Positions 62,452 through 64,000 of a stretch of 64,000 nucleotides of DNA are shown one piece after another. The notes beneath the pieces were generated by a model. That model was not told where the DNA came from and did no database searches. It worked only from the letters and a program-made list of their open reading frames with translations. The stretch comes from Eremomyces bilateralis CBS 781.70 (Eukaryota), in NCBI GenBank assembly GCA_010015585.1, contig ML975177.1; one strand, 5' to 3'. The position numbers were made by a program, and so were the translations under genes. Each line of letters begins with the position of its first letter. The stretch's first letter is position 1.

Positions 62452-63267
62452 TCACTCGATAACCCCTTCTTTACGCGCAACGTCGAAAATGGCCCTGGTC
62501 ACCACCTCCACGTCCAGAGTCTTGATCGGGATTCTGTGATCGCCGTTCCACTCAATCAACGTCGTCGTCCCCGGTGCGCAGTACTTCTGCAGCAGTCTCC
62601 TATGGAGCGCGATCCCCGCGTCAGCCACCCCATGCACATGGATCGTCGGCATCTTCAACACATGCGCATCACCCTTGAGCTCCACGTCCTTCCCATCGTC
62701 GTGCTTCCCGGCCGATTGCAGTCCCTCGATCCCCCTCGTGGCCTTCGTGAGCCGCACGATCGGCCCCCGCCCTGCCATGATCACGGCGAACTTCCAATCT
62801 CCGCCGTACGGGTCTGGGATCCCCTTCGCCTTGCCCACCTGCCGGTCGAACAGCAGGCTCGCCGCGATCTTCGCGCCTTGGCTGAATCCGAGGATGCCCA
62901 CCCACGGCCCCGTGCCGCCGAGGCGGTCATCCTCCTCAATCGCCGTCTTGAGGGTGTACTCTATTTCATCCTCGGCGCTCTCGTCGTCGACGGTGGGGTG
63001 CGAGTCGAGCCAGCCGAGCCACCGGCGGAATTGGGGGCCGAAGGAGGTGTACACGGGGTGGATCCCCGGGCCCGCGCCGCAGATGAAGGGTCCGTCTGCG
63101 AAGACGAGTCGGAAATGCTGGTTGAGCGGAGGGATTAAGCAGCGGCATTGGGCGCGGAATATCTCGGCCGTGGTGCCGCCGCCGTGCAAGCAGAGAATCC
63201 GGGGGAACGACTTGGTGGATTCTGGGTTGACCCGCGGGTCTATATACGTGGTTCCGTTTTGCGCCAT
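62452..63267 (-). CDS. FSH1-family serine hydrolase (CtnB/LovG-like esterase)
   Basis: RILCLHGGGT, nucleophile GFSQG, TIHVHGVAD and WNGDH give a Ser-Asp-His triad. ATG at 63267. Confidence 0.88.
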   Translation of the reverse strand: MAQNGTTYIDPRVNPESTKSFPRILCLHGGGTTAEIFRAQCRCLIPPLNQHFRLVFADGPFICGAGPGIHPVYTSFGPQFRRWLGWLDSHPTVDDESAEDEIEYTLKTAIEEDDRLGGTGPWVGILGFSQGAKIAASLLFDRQVGKAKGIPDPYGGDWKFAVIMAGRGPIVRLTKATRGIEGLQSAGKHDDGKDVELKGDAHVLKMPTIHVHGVADAGIALHRRLLQKYCAPGTTTLIEWNGDHRIPIKTLDVEVVTRAIFDVARKEGVIE

Positions 63268-64000
63268 GGCCAGGGGAAGTGAAGAGTACACTTGTAGATT
63301 TGAAAAATCTAATCGGAAACTTTTCTTGAGATCGAAAAACTGATTCTATGAAGCTCAGCTTTGGTGTCCTTGAACAGCAGTCAGCGGTGCTGAAGGCTAA
63401 AAATAGTGGTGATGGTCTATCCCGATATTCTGATAGAGTCCGAGAAGTGATAGACTCAGCTTACCGACTGATGAACACAGAGACTAGGTCGCAAGAATTC
63501 TAGACACAAGGAGATGGGTTTTAAAGTGAGGAATGAGTATAAGATGGGGTGATTTCCTAGGCCAAAGATTGGAGATATTGATAAATCCGAGCCCGTCCTT
63601 CAAAGGTTGAGTGATTGAGTGGTGCAGCGGTAGTAAGCTTTCGGACTGCGACTCTTATTCTCAAAGCCCCATCCCTGAGGCTGCTAGCGACAATATATTT
63701 CTCAGGCAAGTAATGGTTGGAAACTTAGGTACTTACATTTCTCAAATATGTTAAGGCAAAACGGAATATATGGGTTCATATCTGATTGCATTCACGAGCA
63801 CCATCTAATAACACCACAAATGAAGCCTTCGCTATGGAGCACTGCACACTTCCGCCGGTCCCATCATTGCTCACCAGAAGGGAGGCTTGCCGGTATCTTT
63901 CGTCAAATTTCGGCAGGCAACTCAACGTCAACCAGATTACTTCACATTACATAGTTCATGATCTGCCGGGTCCAGAAAGCCAGGGGGTCAAAGAATCACA

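Overview
A 64-kb, gene-dense, intron-containing region from a filamentous ascomycete (Pezizomycotina). The sequence shows short GT-AG introns with CTRAY branch sites and fungal-type proteins; I cannot determine the species. I can support about 24 protein-coding genes. Most are housekeeping: RIM15, LSM2, a tubB-type alpha-tubulin, ARG1, RPN10, TRS23, ERG26, ALG12, YOS1, LCL3, TVP38 and ABP1. The others include a two-domain E2, a CCCH-Smr protein, an F-box-like protein and several oxidoreductases, hydrolases and a methyltransferase. The highlights are: (1) an AspRS-DUF2156 fusion matching ErdS, the tRNA-dependent ergosteryl-aspartate synthase (a described system), with no ErdH-like hydrolase beside it; (2) a decayed pogo/Fot1-type transposon with two nested sets of inverted termini, inserted in a divergent promoter; (3) a candidate spliced 62-aa micro-gene with TATA, Kozak and splice signals; (4) an in-frame, Tyr-rich retainable intron in a secreted Gly/Ser-rich protein. 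I recognised no tRNA, rRNA, snRNA or CRISPR. Exon boundaries were read by eye and family assignments come from motif recognition, not database searches.
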